From an uncultured bacterium (GTDB lineage: Bacteria; UBP4; UBA4092), in contig CAZXWN010000003.1 of assembly GCA_964644695.1 (NCBI GenBank), forward strand, positions 124,001 to 188,000: DNA of 64,000 bases, written 5' to 3'. Both the position numbers and the translations under genes were made by a program. How positions within the stretch are numbered: the first letter of the stretch is position 1; each line of letters begins with the position of its first letter. Under the pieces are notes generated by a model. The model was not told where the DNA came from. It searched no databases and saw only the letters and a program-made list of their open reading frames with translations. This document shows positions 51,161 through 61,024 of the stretch, piece after piece.

Positions 51161-51193
51161 AAAAAGGCCGGCTGAATCAGCCGGCCTTTCTTT
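51161..51193. terminator. Probable bidirectional intrinsic terminator
   Basis: AAAGGCCGGCTG-AAT-CAGCCGGCCTTT between convergent genes. Confidence 0.8.
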
Positions 51194-51218
51194 ATTTCAT
51201 ACTTATGTGTATCCAGGA

Positions 51219-51887
51219 TTATTTTACAGCACGCCGTTTGGCAAAAGCCAGAATACCACCCAAGGCAATACCCAGGAACGCGGCCATCAAAATTCGGTAT
51301 TCCGGGGGGAGTAAGAAAGTAATGGTGTGTGCAGGAATCCAGAAGAATGGAAGAGTTTTGCAGACAACAAAGGAAATGAATCCCTTCCAGTCGATTTTCC
51401 CAACAACATCATTCATCTTCAGCTTGAATATCTCACTTAAATTGCCATTCCCCATATCAATATAAGTATCCGTGACGCGGTGGAAGGCCATAAATGTCGG
51501 TGCAAAAGCAAGGTTCATAATCATGCTGGTAAAGAAAGCAAAACCAAATGCTCCCAACGTACCCTTAGCATAGATGATTTTGGGGAGTAAACCCTTTGCC
51601 GCAGCATCTTTCACGCCTGCCGCAAAAAGCGGGAAGATAAAGACAAAGATCATTCCGAAGAATCCCCAGACTACCGCTCGCCAGACAAGTCCTACCGGTT
51701 TCTTATAATCTCCGGTGACAATCCGGATGGCAAGAATTTCGCCCATGGTTGCCAGAATAAAGAATTTAAGGAATCCCATGGGGTATGGAAATGCTTTTGT
51801 TAATCCATTAAACTGTTCGGTAAAACCTAATAGATACACAACAACTAATCCGAGTGCCCCCAACCATAATAAATCGCCTTTTTTCAT
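51219..51887 (-). CDS. Mpv17/PMP22-like membrane protein
   Basis: GFLKFFILATMGE, FHRVTD, FFWIPAHTITFLLP.EYR; ATG at 51887 follows GGGAGG. Confidence 0.65.
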   Translation of the reverse strand: MKKGDLLWLGALGLVVVYLLGFTEQFNGLTKAFPYPMGFLKFFILATMGEILAIRIVTGDYKKPVGLVWRAVVWGFFGMIFVFIFPLFAAGVKDAAAKGLLPKIIYAKGTLGAFGFAFFTSMIMNLAFAPTFMAFHRVTDTYIDMGNGNLSEIFKLKMNDVVGKIDWKGFISFVVCKTLPFFWIPAHTITFLLPPEYRILMAAFLGIALGGILAFAKRRAVK

Positions 51888-52014
51888 GCAGTGCCTCCCA
51901 ATGAGTGTGATAATTAAATTAATTGATGATTGTATCAGAAATTTTGTTAGATGCCGATAATTATTATTGTTGTGATTGAAGAAATCCTTAATCTCCGATA
52001 TAGTGGAAACCAAT

Positions 52015-52482
52015 ATGGATAAATTCAAACCTCTGACATGGAAGATTGCTGTCCTGTATTTTTCTGTAGGACTGATTGTTGCCGTCCTGTTGGCTTGGGG
52101 TGGAAACCGGGTATTAACACCTCCGGCAACTCGACATTGTCACCAGAATATGGCAACCCTCCAGGCGGCGGTGAATAGCTGGAACAACACTCATTCCGGT
52201 CAACAGAAGATGGGTTTCCAAATCTTCGGATTCCCGGACCGGGTGCAAAAAGAATTGATTCCTTCTGGGTATTTGAAACAATCTATTCCTGATTTAACGC
52301 AAGGGCATTCCTATTATCTCCAACGCAACGGTTTTGTTAACTGCCGGGTCCATCCCCGTAACCCCCAATCCCTCTACATAATGGGTGTGATTATTCTCGG
52401 ATTGATTGGCTCCTTGATGGCTTTGGGAATCTCTGGATACCAGATTCCCTGGACTTCTAATAAATCTGATTCCTCAAAATAA
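52015..52482 (+). CDS. Small two-TM protein with a pseudopilin-like soluble domain
   Basis: TM, then C.QN...LQAAV..W...LIPSGYLK...CRVH, then a second TM; ATG at 52015 (TTG 51976 in track). Confidence 0.45.
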   Translation: MDKFKPLTWKIAVLYFSVGLIVAVLLAWGGNRVLTPPATRHCHQNMATLQAAVNSWNNTHSGQQKMGFQIFGFPDRVQKELIPSGYLKQSIPDLTQGHSYYLQRNGFVNCRVHPRNPQSLYIMGVIILGLIGSLMALGISGYQIPWTSNKSDSSK

Positions 52483-52590
52483 CTTGATTGTATTGATTGT
52501 TTAGTTATCCAACTATTTCCTTTTTGGCAGTTGGGCACTTTATAACTGTTTCTATTGTTATAAAATTCAGATTGGAAGCATGGGAGGTAA

Positions 52591-53217
52591 GTGACTATGG
52601 GATGGCAGGAAAAATTACTGGACCGCTTTGATTTATCTGATGACCCCTTTGTCCAGTTCAATCTATGGTATCAGGAAGCGGATACTCTTCGTTCCGATGA
52701 TTTTGACCCGGATGCCGTATGCCTCTCTACCATTGACCCGAATGGATATCCTGACAGCAGGATGGTTCTGTTGAAAGGATGTGGGCCTGGCGGCTTTGTC
52801 TTTTACACGAATACTGACTCCACAAAAGGTCAATCTCTGAAATTGATTCCTCGAGCCGCCATGTGTTTTTACTGGAGTCCTTTACGCCGTCAAATCAGAT
52901 TATCCGGGACTGTCATTCCTGGGTCAGAGAAGGAAGCCGATGACTATTTTGAGACACGAGAACGGCGAACCCAAATCGGTGCATGGGCTTCTCAGCAGAG
53001 TCAGCCTCTTGCTGATAGGGAACGCTTGGAATCCCGGTATCAGCAGTTTGCTGAAAAATATCATGGTCAGGTTATCCCCCGACCTTCCTATTGGTTGGGA
53101 TACAAGATGATCCCTTCCCGAATCGAGTTCTGGCAGCAAAGGTCCCATCGTTTACATGATCGGTTTTTGTATGAGAAAAAAGCGGGAACATGGGAAATCA
53201 CCCGTCTTTATCCTTGA
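52591..53217 (+). CDS. pdxH: Pyridoxamine 5'-phosphate oxidase
   Basis: RMVLLK, FYTN..S.KG, RQIR, QIGAWASQQS, EFWQ...RLHDR, RLYP. Confidence 0.95.
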   Translation: MTMGWQEKLLDRFDLSDDPFVQFNLWYQEADTLRSDDFDPDAVCLSTIDPNGYPDSRMVLLKGCGPGGFVFYTNTDSTKGQSLKLIPRAAMCFYWSPLRRQIRLSGTVIPGSEKEADDYFETRERRTQIGAWASQQSQPLADRERLESRYQQFAEKYHGQVIPRPSYWLGYKMIPSRIEFWQQRSHRLHDRFLYEKKAGTWEITRLYP

Positions 53218-53220
53218 TGA

Positions 53221-54618
53221 ATGATTAATTTTCTGATGGCATCGCAACGAAACACTTTCACTAAAACGACTCGAATACCCTGTCCCAGTGATGAACTGGC
53301 GATGTGGCATCTTCGACCTGGGGCTTTGATTCGACTGACCCCCGGTTTTGAACCTGTCAAGATTCTTTTCCAGGAAGGTCGGATCGACGAAGCAGAAACG
53401 AAGAGGGTCCTTGAAACAAAAATAGGTCCCCTCCGCCAGAAATGGACTGTAATTCATTCTGATTACATACACTTAAGACAATTTAAAGACACTCAGATAG
53501 AAGGCCCCTTCAGGGAATTTGTCCATACTCACCGCTTTCTCCCTGATAATGAGCAGTTTAGCTTGTTGCAGGACCAAATTGAATATCGACTTCCTTTATC
53601 GCCAATATCTGACTGGATGATTGGAAAATATATCCGAAATCGTATTGAAAAAGGGTTTGACTACCGCCACAAAATAACTGTTGCTGATTTAGAAACTCAC
53701 CACCGCTATCCATCAACTCCATTGAAAATTGCGATGACTGGTGCCACCGGATTGATTGGAACCCAGTTGTCAGCATTCCTGACTACCGGTGGACATACTG
53801 TCTATAGAATTGTCAGAAGACATCCGGGGCCAAATGACATTCTCTGGGACCCGGATAAAGAAAAGATAAACCCTGCTGAATTAGAAGGTATGGATGTTGT
53901 CATTCATCTGGCCGGGGAATCCATTGGGAATGGGCGGTGGAATGAAGCGAAGAAGAAAAAAATCAGGTCTAGTCGGATTATAGGCACAACCTTTCTGGCG
54001 AATACCCTGGCTCAACTGAATAAAAAACCGCGTGTGTTTATCAGTGCCTCTGCCATCGGATTCTATGGGGACCGGGCAAATGAGATTCTGACTGAAACCC
54101 AGACAGAAACCGCCACAGGGTTCTTACCTGAAGTGTGTCGGGAATGGGAAGCTGCGGCCTGGCCTGCTGTGGAAGCGGGAATCCGGGTGGTCCATCCCCG
54201 AACCGGAATTGTTCTGACTCCCGCCGGAGGGGCTCTGAAATCAATGTTACTTCCGTACCTCTTGGGTTTAGGTGGTTTAATGGGCTCGGGGCGGCAGTAT
54301 ATGAGTTGGATTACACTGGATGATTTGATTTATGGCATATATCATCTGATTCAAACTGATACCTTATCCGGTCCTGTGAACATGACCAGTCCCCACCCAG
54401 TACAACAAAAGGAGTTTAATCGAGTATTGGGAAAGGTTCTGTCCCGCCCGGCTTTTATTCCCGTTCCAGGATGGGCCCTGAAACTTATATTAGGCGAAAT
54501 GGCTGAAGTTCTGCTATTATCAAGTGCCCGTGTATTGCCCGGCAAGTTAGAATCCTCTGGTTTTCAATTCAGGTATCCAGATTTGGAATCGGGTCTCCGG
54601 CATATCCTTGGAAAATGA
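53221..54618 (+). CDS. TIGR01777-like NAD-dependent epimerase with N-terminal SRPBCC domain
   Basis: N-terminal WHLRPGAL.RLTP...F.D.Q..GPF....H.H; TGATGLIG, HLAGE, SASAIGFYG, WE, GRQYMSWI. Confidence 0.88.
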   Translation: MINFLMASQRNTFTKTTRIPCPSDELAMWHLRPGALIRLTPGFEPVKILFQEGRIDEAETKRVLETKIGPLRQKWTVIHSDYIHLRQFKDTQIEGPFREFVHTHRFLPDNEQFSLLQDQIEYRLPLSPISDWMIGKYIRNRIEKGFDYRHKITVADLETHHRYPSTPLKIAMTGATGLIGTQLSAFLTTGGHTVYRIVRRHPGPNDILWDPDKEKINPAELEGMDVVIHLAGESIGNGRWNEAKKKKIRSSRIIGTTFLANTLAQLNKKPRVFISASAIGFYGDRANEILTETQTETATGFLPEVCREWEAAAWPAVEAGIRVVHPRTGIVLTPAGGALKSMLLPYLLGLGGLMGSGRQYMSWITLDDLIYGIYHLIQTDTLSGPVNMTSPHPVQQKEFNRVLGKVLSRPAFIPVPGWALKLILGEMAEVLLLSSARVLPGKLESSGFQFRYPDLESGLRHILGK

Positions 54619-54770
54619 AGAGTAAAAATCTTTTATTTTAAATTAATTTAATCTGGGATTATTCTATCTAACTCGTTATATTGTAATGAATTGTTGAAAC
54701 GACTGATGAAAACCCGAATAATGAAATAAGTGTAGGGGAATACCTTTTATCCAAAAAACAGGTATGATAT

Positions 54771-56816
54771 ATGATAAGAGTTCTCACCTTGGCTATGGCA
54801 ATATGCCTGATGATTAATCATAGTGCAGCGAAAACTATCTCCGGATTTGACCGTTCTGCGTTTATGTCTGTTCATCCCGGTCTGACCCAACAGGATATTC
54901 AAAAGTATGTTCAGACCTTCCGGGATAACGGTGTCACCGGAATTATTATTGGCGGGGGCGGGCATCATTATATTTACGATACATTATCTAATCTGGATGC
55001 CCAGATTAAAGTAACAAAAGCGGTCGTGGAAGAATGCCACAAATATGGAATTAAAGTGGCGGAACATCACTCGAATGTTTTGATCACGGATAAAAATTTT
55101 AAAGAAGCCCATAAAAATTGGTTGATGTACAGTCTGGACTCCGAAGGACAACCGACTTTGTGGGATGGGTATGCCACCTGGGCTTTTTGCCCTAATAATC
55201 CCGAGTTTAGAGCATTTTACTGGAATCTGTTATCAGATTTCGTAAAAAAAACCGGGGTGGACGCCGTTATGAGTGATGACGCCTGTTTTTATTGTGGATG
55301 TGGGTGTCCTGTATGTCAGGCCCGATGGAAAAAAGAAAATGGTACGGATTTGTTTGAATCTTACCGGAAAAGCAAAGTTGCAGGTAGTGATGCTTGGCGA
55401 CAATGGCACGAAACCCGACGAAGATGGTTGTTAGATTACCGGGTGTGGCTTTATAAAAATATGAAAAAAGAATTCCCAACCGTAGAAAACATCTGCTTAT
55501 CAAATTCCAGTCATGCCGCATGGCCGACTCTGGTCCATGGCTTCTATCCAGAAGCCGGGATGGAGACTGCTGAGGCGTTGTGTTGGGAAGTTTATAATCC
55601 TGCTGATTTCTATAGTTGGCGTAAAATCGGGGTGGAAGCCAGTATTTTCCATGAAGCCTCCCGATTGAGAGATGTCTCGGTGCTGTGCCTGCCATTTGCG
55701 GACCAGGCTGAGACTCTGAACCAATATGACCCCCAGGAAGAAGACTTCATGTGGGCTCATACCAAGGCTTTTGGTCTTTCGTTTTGCCATTCAAGGGTTT
55801 ACTTAAATGGGATGACCCCAGAAGACAAACCTCGAAAATACTTCAATTTCGAACGAGACCGTCTCCAACCCTATCTGGATTCCAGAATAACCTCCCCCCT
55901 GGGTATTATGTATTCCCGGCGAAGCCGAGACACTGATCCCCGCTGGGAATCCAGTCATGTTATCCCTTCAGTTGCCTGGGGCCAGTTGTGCCTTAGCAAT
56001 GCACTCCCGTACCGGGCCATAACTGAAGAAACCCTGTCTCAAAACCAGCTTAAAGGGATAGACGTCCTGGTGCTTCCCAATGTATTTTCGTTATCGGACA
56101 GGAATTTGAAGGCTGTGGAAGCCTTTGTGAAAAAAGGGGGAACCCTGGTGGCAACATATTACACCGGGACTCAGGATGAAAACGGCGTACCTGTTTATTC
56201 TAAACGCCGGAAATCACTGGAGCGTCTGTTCGGGGTAACTCTCCAAGTGGAAGAAATGACCAGTGAAATGACAACAGAACCTGTCAACTCTACACCCCGA
56301 ACTGCACAACCCCTGACTCTGGACGGCAACATTAAGGGGTTTGAAAACTTGTACGGCAAAGGGAAAACTTATTATTTCCCCTCTCTTCTGGGCAGTGAAT
56401 TCCACCAGGAATACCAGAATGAAGGAAAGCCTTACGCCGACATTAAGAACCAGGCCCAAACTGCCATTCTGGCCCAATGGCTCCAATCCTTGATCCCGAA
56501 TCCAGCCGTCACCTTCCGGATCCAATCACCGGGGAAATCTCCGCTGATGACTACCCACACACTCAAGAAAGGGCAATTATTGGTCCACATGGTGAATACC
56601 CTCGGCTCTTATATCGCCGACGGAACCCTTATCCCCACACCGTCAAAGGTGGTTTGGGGGGAACCGCAGGATGTTACCCTCGAGTTCCGGACCGCACCCA
56701 GAAAAATTCGTATTCTCTCCTATACCCGGAAAGATGACATCGTCATGGAGAATCCTCCAGCACGCGTCACAATTAAAACGCCGGAAATCTATCAATTGGT
56801 GGTCATAGACCTCTAA
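54771..56816 (+). CDS. Secreted glycoside-hydrolase-like protein (TIM barrel plus GH42-type trimerisation domain)
   Basis: Signal peptide; CPNNP, VDAVMSD, CGCPVC metal motif; DVLVLPN...FVKKGGTLVA and GKG..YF of the trimerisation domain. Confidence 0.65.
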   Translation: MIRVLTLAMAICLMINHSAAKTISGFDRSAFMSVHPGLTQQDIQKYVQTFRDNGVTGIIIGGGGHHYIYDTLSNLDAQIKVTKAVVEECHKYGIKVAEHHSNVLITDKNFKEAHKNWLMYSLDSEGQPTLWDGYATWAFCPNNPEFRAFYWNLLSDFVKKTGVDAVMSDDACFYCGCGCPVCQARWKKENGTDLFESYRKSKVAGSDAWRQWHETRRRWLLDYRVWLYKNMKKEFPTVENICLSNSSHAAWPTLVHGFYPEAGMETAEALCWEVYNPADFYSWRKIGVEASIFHEASRLRDVSVLCLPFADQAETLNQYDPQEEDFMWAHTKAFGLSFCHSRVYLNGMTPEDKPRKYFNFERDRLQPYLDSRITSPLGIMYSRRSRDTDPRWESSHVIPSVAWGQLCLSNALPYRAITEETLSQNQLKGIDVLVLPNVFSLSDRNLKAVEAFVKKGGTLVATYYTGTQDENGVPVYSKRRKSLERLFGVTLQVEEMTSEMTTEPVNSTPRTAQPLTLDGNIKGFENLYGKGKTYYFPSLLGSEFHQEYQNEGKPYADIKNQAQTAILAQWLQSLIPNPAVTFRIQSPGKSPLMTTHTLKKGQLLVHMVNTLGSYIADGTLIPTPSKVVWGEPQDVTLEFRTAPRKIRILSYTRKDDIVMENPPARVTIKTPEIYQLVVIDL

Positions 56817-56900
56817 AACCAAGCACACAGGTTCTCCCACATAATGTCTTGCTGAAGCAGACTGGAGAGCCAACACACTAACCCGATATAAAGGTATATC

Positions 56901-58702
56901 ATGACAAGTAAAAAGAATAACCCGGAGTCCCAGGATCTCCTCGCACAATTAGAAGAAAAACTAGTTGAATTGGAAAAAGAATCAACTGCAACCGAACATC
57001 CTGAGTATAAAGACCTGCTTTATAGAGTCCTGCAGTTACGAAAAAAATTCCTGGCAGCACCTGATCTGCCCCAAGACCCCCGTCAACATTTATGGGAAAG
57101 GCTAAATACATTGCATACACAGTTAAAAGATGAACAACAGGCTACCTTTGACCGCAAAGAAGCGGAATCAAAAATCCTCAAAGAAGAAATTGAAACACTG
57201 GCGAGAGCCGCAAAACCCTTTGCCGAAAAACGGACTGAAGCGGGACTGAAAGCTGCCAAAGAAAAAATTGGTGAAGCCGCAAAACTTCATAAAGAAAAAG
57301 CTCGCGTGATGCTGGTAGAAGACCAGAAAGAAGCCTGGGATGTTATTCAGGAAGCCTGGACCGATTATGACATTTTTGCCGGTCTGACAAAGAAGATGGA
57401 TTATGACAAGGCATTGGAATGTCTTGATTTAGCCAGAAATGCCGTCGAAGCGGCCACCAGCCCCTTTGATGCCCTGAAAGTATTTCAGGAACAACAGCGA
57501 AGTGCCAACCAGATGGATCTGACCCGGGACCAGAGAGAATCTCTCCAAATCCGGTTCCAGTCCCTCTTTAAAGAATTACAGGGAAAGATGGATGTATTCC
57601 AGGAACATAAGTCATCTTTTCGCCCCAGTTCAGGCGATTCGATGGATAAACCACGGGATTACGGTTTCAGTGATCGGGGTCCCCGGTCTCGTTCAAACGA
57701 TGATGATAAGTCTGGAGAGCCTTTCCGTGACCCATTGATAGAACAATTCTATCCATCACGGCCTTCATACAGTGATAGACGGCCTTCCTATGGAAGTCGT
57801 CCATATCGCTCATCTTCACGCGAAGCAGATGGAAATACCCGGTCTGACCGTGGGGATTCTCGTCCCCGCTTCAGCGACCGTGGCCCACGTCCGGATGGAG
57901 ATCGTCCTCGTACCTCTGAGGGTGGAAATCGTCCTTTAGGTGGAAGATATCATCCTCGGTACAATGATCAGGCGCCAAGACCTGATGGAGAACGGAGACC
58001 CTACCGTCCCCGTACTTCCGAAGGNNNNNNNNNNNNNNNNNNNNNNNNNNNNNNNNNNNNNNNNNNNNNNNNNNNNNNNNNNNNNNNNNNNNNNNNNNNN
58101 NNNNNNNNNNNNNNNNNNNNNNNNAGGCGCCAAGACCTGATGGAGAACGGAGACCCTACCGTCCCCGTACTTCCGAAGGTAGTGGCCGTCCCTCAACCGG
58201 AGGATATCGCCCCCGGTCCGAGCAAGGTCCGAGACCTGATGGAGAACGTAGGTCATTCCGTCCCCGTACTTCCGAAGGTAGTGGCCGCCCCTCAACCGGT
58301 GGATATCGTCCCCGTTCTGAGCAGGGTCCAAGACCTGATGGAGAACGGAGGCCATTCCGCCCCCGTACTTCTGATTCTGGAAGGCCTTCTTCAGGTGGAT
58401 ACCGCCCCAGAACTTCCGGTGGCGCAGGACGTCCTGAAGGTGGAAACTTCCGTCCCCGTTCGGCAGAAGGAACTTCCCGACCGGGTGCAGATGGAAAACG
58501 CCCCTATCGTCCACGGACTTCAAGTGGTCCTGAAGGAGCGCGTCCCTATAATTCAGATCGGCCTCGGCGGACTGGATTTGGTGGCCCGAGCAGAGGTCCT
58601 TCCGATCGTGGTACTTCCCGGCCCCGTCCATCTTCCGGTAGCGGTCGTCCCCGTCCGTCTTCTGGATTCGGTGGGCCGCGTCGGAAACCCGAAGGTGAAT
58701 AA
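56901..58702 (+). CDS. Helical (DUF349-like) protein with long Arg/Pro/Gly/Ser-rich repetitive tail; interrupted by assembly gap
   Basis: Charged helical N-terminal half; after the N gap the RP-rich frame resumes (APRPDGERRPYRPRTSEG...) and ends GGPRRKPEGE-TAA at 58700-58702, not 58730. Confidence 0.65.
57978..58400 (+). repeat. Coding tandem repeat, 99 bp (33 aa) unit
   Basis: AGACCTGATGGAGAACG recurs at 58133, 58232 and 58331 (period 99) and at 57978 before the gap; unit RPDGERRP[YF]RPRTSEGSGRPSTGGYRPRSEQGP. Confidence 0.85.
58025..58124. other. Assembly gap of 100 N
   Basis: Flanked by an identical 55-mer (57970-58024 equals 58125-58179). Confidence 0.98.
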
Positions 58703-58760
58703 AGAAAACTTCCTTTCAATGGGAAGATAGAGGCAATTTGTTCGTAAGTAATATCAGGGT

Positions 58761-59390
58761 GTGAGAATGAAAACAATATCAACCGTCCTGATTCGGACTG
58801 ATGAAGAATTGATGCGTGATTATCAGGCCGGGCAGTCACAGTCATTTGAGGAACTGGTGTTGCGTTACGAAACAGCCTTATATAACTTTACCTTGATTTA
58901 TTTCCGTGATCCTTCTACGGCAGAAGATATCCTCCAGGATATCATCATCAAAGTCGTAGAAAACCGGCACCGGTATGACCCAGAGCGGCCATTTAAGCCC
59001 TGGATATATAGGATTGCCCGGAACCGGATATTTGACGAATTACGCAAGAATCAGCGGTGGTACCAACGGTTTTTACCGTCCGGTCATCAGGGATTTCCTG
59101 ATGACCGGGTACCTCGTGATTCTGGTGACTATCCCGCCCGAACACCCTCACCCCAGAAAGCACTCGCTGTTAAAGAACTCAGTGTGATTTTATATATGGC
59201 ACTTCAGGATCTGGACTCCCGGTCCAGAGAATTGATTATTCTTCGGCACTTGCAGGGTCTTCCTGTTCGTGATGTGGCCCTTATTTTGGATATGAATGAA
59301 GGAACAGTCCATTCGGGTACTCATCGTGCAATAGCTAAACTCCAAGAGGCATTACTAAAGCGGGGAATTCGGAAAGAGGATATATTATGA
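58761..59390 (+). CDS. ECF-type sigma-70 factor
   Basis: DEELM...FEELVLRY, AEDILQD, FKPWIYRIARN, region 4 VALILDMNEGTVHS..HRA. Start may be 58767. Confidence 0.9.
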   Translation: MRMKTISTVLIRTDEELMRDYQAGQSQSFEELVLRYETALYNFTLIYFRDPSTAEDILQDIIIKVVENRHRYDPERPFKPWIYRIARNRIFDELRKNQRWYQRFLPSGHQGFPDDRVPRDSGDYPARTPSPQKALAVKELSVILYMALQDLDSRSRELIILRHLQGLPVRDVALILDMNEGTVHSGTHRAIAKLQEALLKRGIRKEDIL

Positions 59391-60163
59391 CCTCCTCAAA
59401 CTTTAATAAATTGGAACAACTACTTCAATCCCTTCCAAAAGAGACTCCAGACCCCGGACTTCATGACCGAATCATGATCAAGGCACAGGAGGCTGAACAG
59501 GTAGGTCGGGTTGTGGTTCTTCGTGGTGAAGTATCCATTTCCCGAAAGAATGAGTCCATTCCTAAACCTGCGGTTATGGGTGATTTACTATTCCCAGGTG
59601 ACCGGATGCGGACATCCCCCGGAAGTCAGGCTTTTTTGATTCTTCGGGATGGTTCCAAAATCTGGCTGGATAGTGTCTCCCATTTCGAACTGACGGATTC
59701 CCTTCAGGGACACCTGTTAAAAGTAGGATGCCTGTTGGCCTTCATTACCCCTCGGAAACGGGGTGAACATCCCTTCCGTATCCAGATTCCCGGGGGATGG
59801 ACAGAAGTTCTGGGAACGCTGTTTGAACTTCGGGCGAATCCAAAAGAATCGGTCTTAATGGTCTATCATGGAAAAGTCCGGTTTGGAAATGATTTAGGGG
59901 AATATCTGGTTACTCCCGACCACCGGTCCAAGATAACTCCAGAAACAGCACCCACCCGGCCTGTTCTGACCCAAAATCCGCCGATTGCTCCCTGGACGGA
60001 AGAAATTACCCGGAAGATTCGGGAATTCCATATTGAATTGCCGGTGATGTGTCTTCCTGGATATCGTCCATGGCTGAAATGGATCGGGATTGGGATTATT
60101 ACCACTGTTTTGTTGGTCCTTACCCTGATATTTTTATTCCTGGTCAATATCATCTTTTATTAA
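59387..60163 (+). CDS. FecR-domain protein, putative anti-sigma factor with C-terminal TM helix
   Basis: ATGA overlap with the sigma gene; GD..RT...DGSKIWL, F.I..PGG..EVLGT.F, V.HGKV; the only long hydrophobic segment is the last ~25 aa. Confidence 0.8.
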   Translation: MTSSNFNKLEQLLQSLPKETPDPGLHDRIMIKAQEAEQVGRVVVLRGEVSISRKNESIPKPAVMGDLLFPGDRMRTSPGSQAFLILRDGSKIWLDSVSHFELTDSLQGHLLKVGCLLAFITPRKRGEHPFRIQIPGGWTEVLGTLFELRANPKESVLMVYHGKVRFGNDLGEYLVTPDHRSKITPETAPTRPVLTQNPPIAPWTEEITRKIREFHIELPVMCLPGYRPWLKWIGIGIITTVLLVLTLIFLFLVNIIFY

Positions 60164-60315
60164 TTTGACCTATCCATTCTGATTTGATTGTCAAAAAACA
60201 TTCTGGCATTTTGCCAGCCGTATGAGTATCCTCTCATGAAGCTGTTTTAGAAGGTGTCCACACAAAGGGCCCATGCGCAGCACCCGCATCCATCCGGTGT
60301 TATCTGATATAAGAA

Positions 60316-60353
60316 AACCCTCTATGACTTCGGATTCCGAGTGATAGAGGGTT
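60316..60353. terminator. Hairpin/terminator between convergent genes
   Basis: AACCCTCTAT...ATAGAGGGTT stem with A/T-rich flanks. Confidence 0.6.
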
Positions 60354-60379
60354 GTTTTGTATTTGTGGAAAAAGTCTGG

Positions 60380-61024
60380 TTAACAATACTTGAGGATGGC
60401 CCAGAAATGACTGGCACTGCCCAACAACGTGAAGATATGGAATATCTCATGGAACCCCAACCAGTTGGGAATCAGATTAGGTTTCTTGAATCCGTAAATG
60501 ACCGCACCGATGGTATAAAACAGTCCACCCACCAGTAACCAAATAATCAGACCCCATCCCGTTCTATTGAATAAAGGGACAATGGCTGCCACGGAAATCC
60601 AACCCATGACCAGATAAATACCCGTATAGATGAATCGTGGGATTCGATTAATATATATCGTTTTCAAAACGATTCCGACAATCGCCACGGTCCATGCGAG
60701 GGACAATATCGTATATCCCAGGGCACCCTTGAGTATCGTCAGACAAAAGGGAGTGTAACACCCTGCAATCAAAACAAATATCATACTGTGGTCCAGTTTA
60801 CGCAACACATCAATGACTTTCTGGGAGCCGTTATACAAATGATATCCGGCACTGACGCCATACAGAAGGATCATACTGCCGCCATAGATTGAGAATGAAA
60901 CGATTTGCCACGGATTTCGATTACTGATTGCAATATATAGAAGAACGACCAGCGCCAATACAGACAACAAAGCACCAAACAGGTGGCTGAATCCACTGGC
61001 AGGCTCTCTAAATAGTTTCTTCAT
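60380..61024 (-). CDS. Hemolysin III / PAQR family membrane protein (TrhA/YqfA-like)
   Basis: E..S..SH, SAGYH, KLDHSMIF.LIAG.YTP, GFHEIFHIF...SH; seven TMs. Confidence 0.92.
   Translation of the reverse strand: MKKLFREPASGFSHLFGALLSVLALVVLLYIAISNRNPWQIVSFSIYGGSMILLYGVSAGYHLYNGSQKVIDVLRKLDHSMIFVLIAGCYTPFCLTILKGALGYTILSLAWTVAIVGIVLKTIYINRIPRFIYTGIYLVMGWISVAAIVPLFNRTGWGLIIWLLVGGLFYTIGAVIYGFKKPNLIPNWLGFHEIFHIFTLLGSASHFWAILKYC

Noticed and set aside
57970-58400. Direct repeats as a CRISPR array
   Set aside because: Period is 99 bp, the intervening segments are similar to each other, the repeats are in-frame coding and no cas genes are present.
58125-58730. Val/Pro/Leu-rich C-terminus (RRQDLMENGDPTVPVLPK...) in the ORF track
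   Set aside because: Wrong frame caused by the arbitrary 100-N gap; the Arg/Pro/Gly frame matches the pre-gap repeat and stops at 58702.
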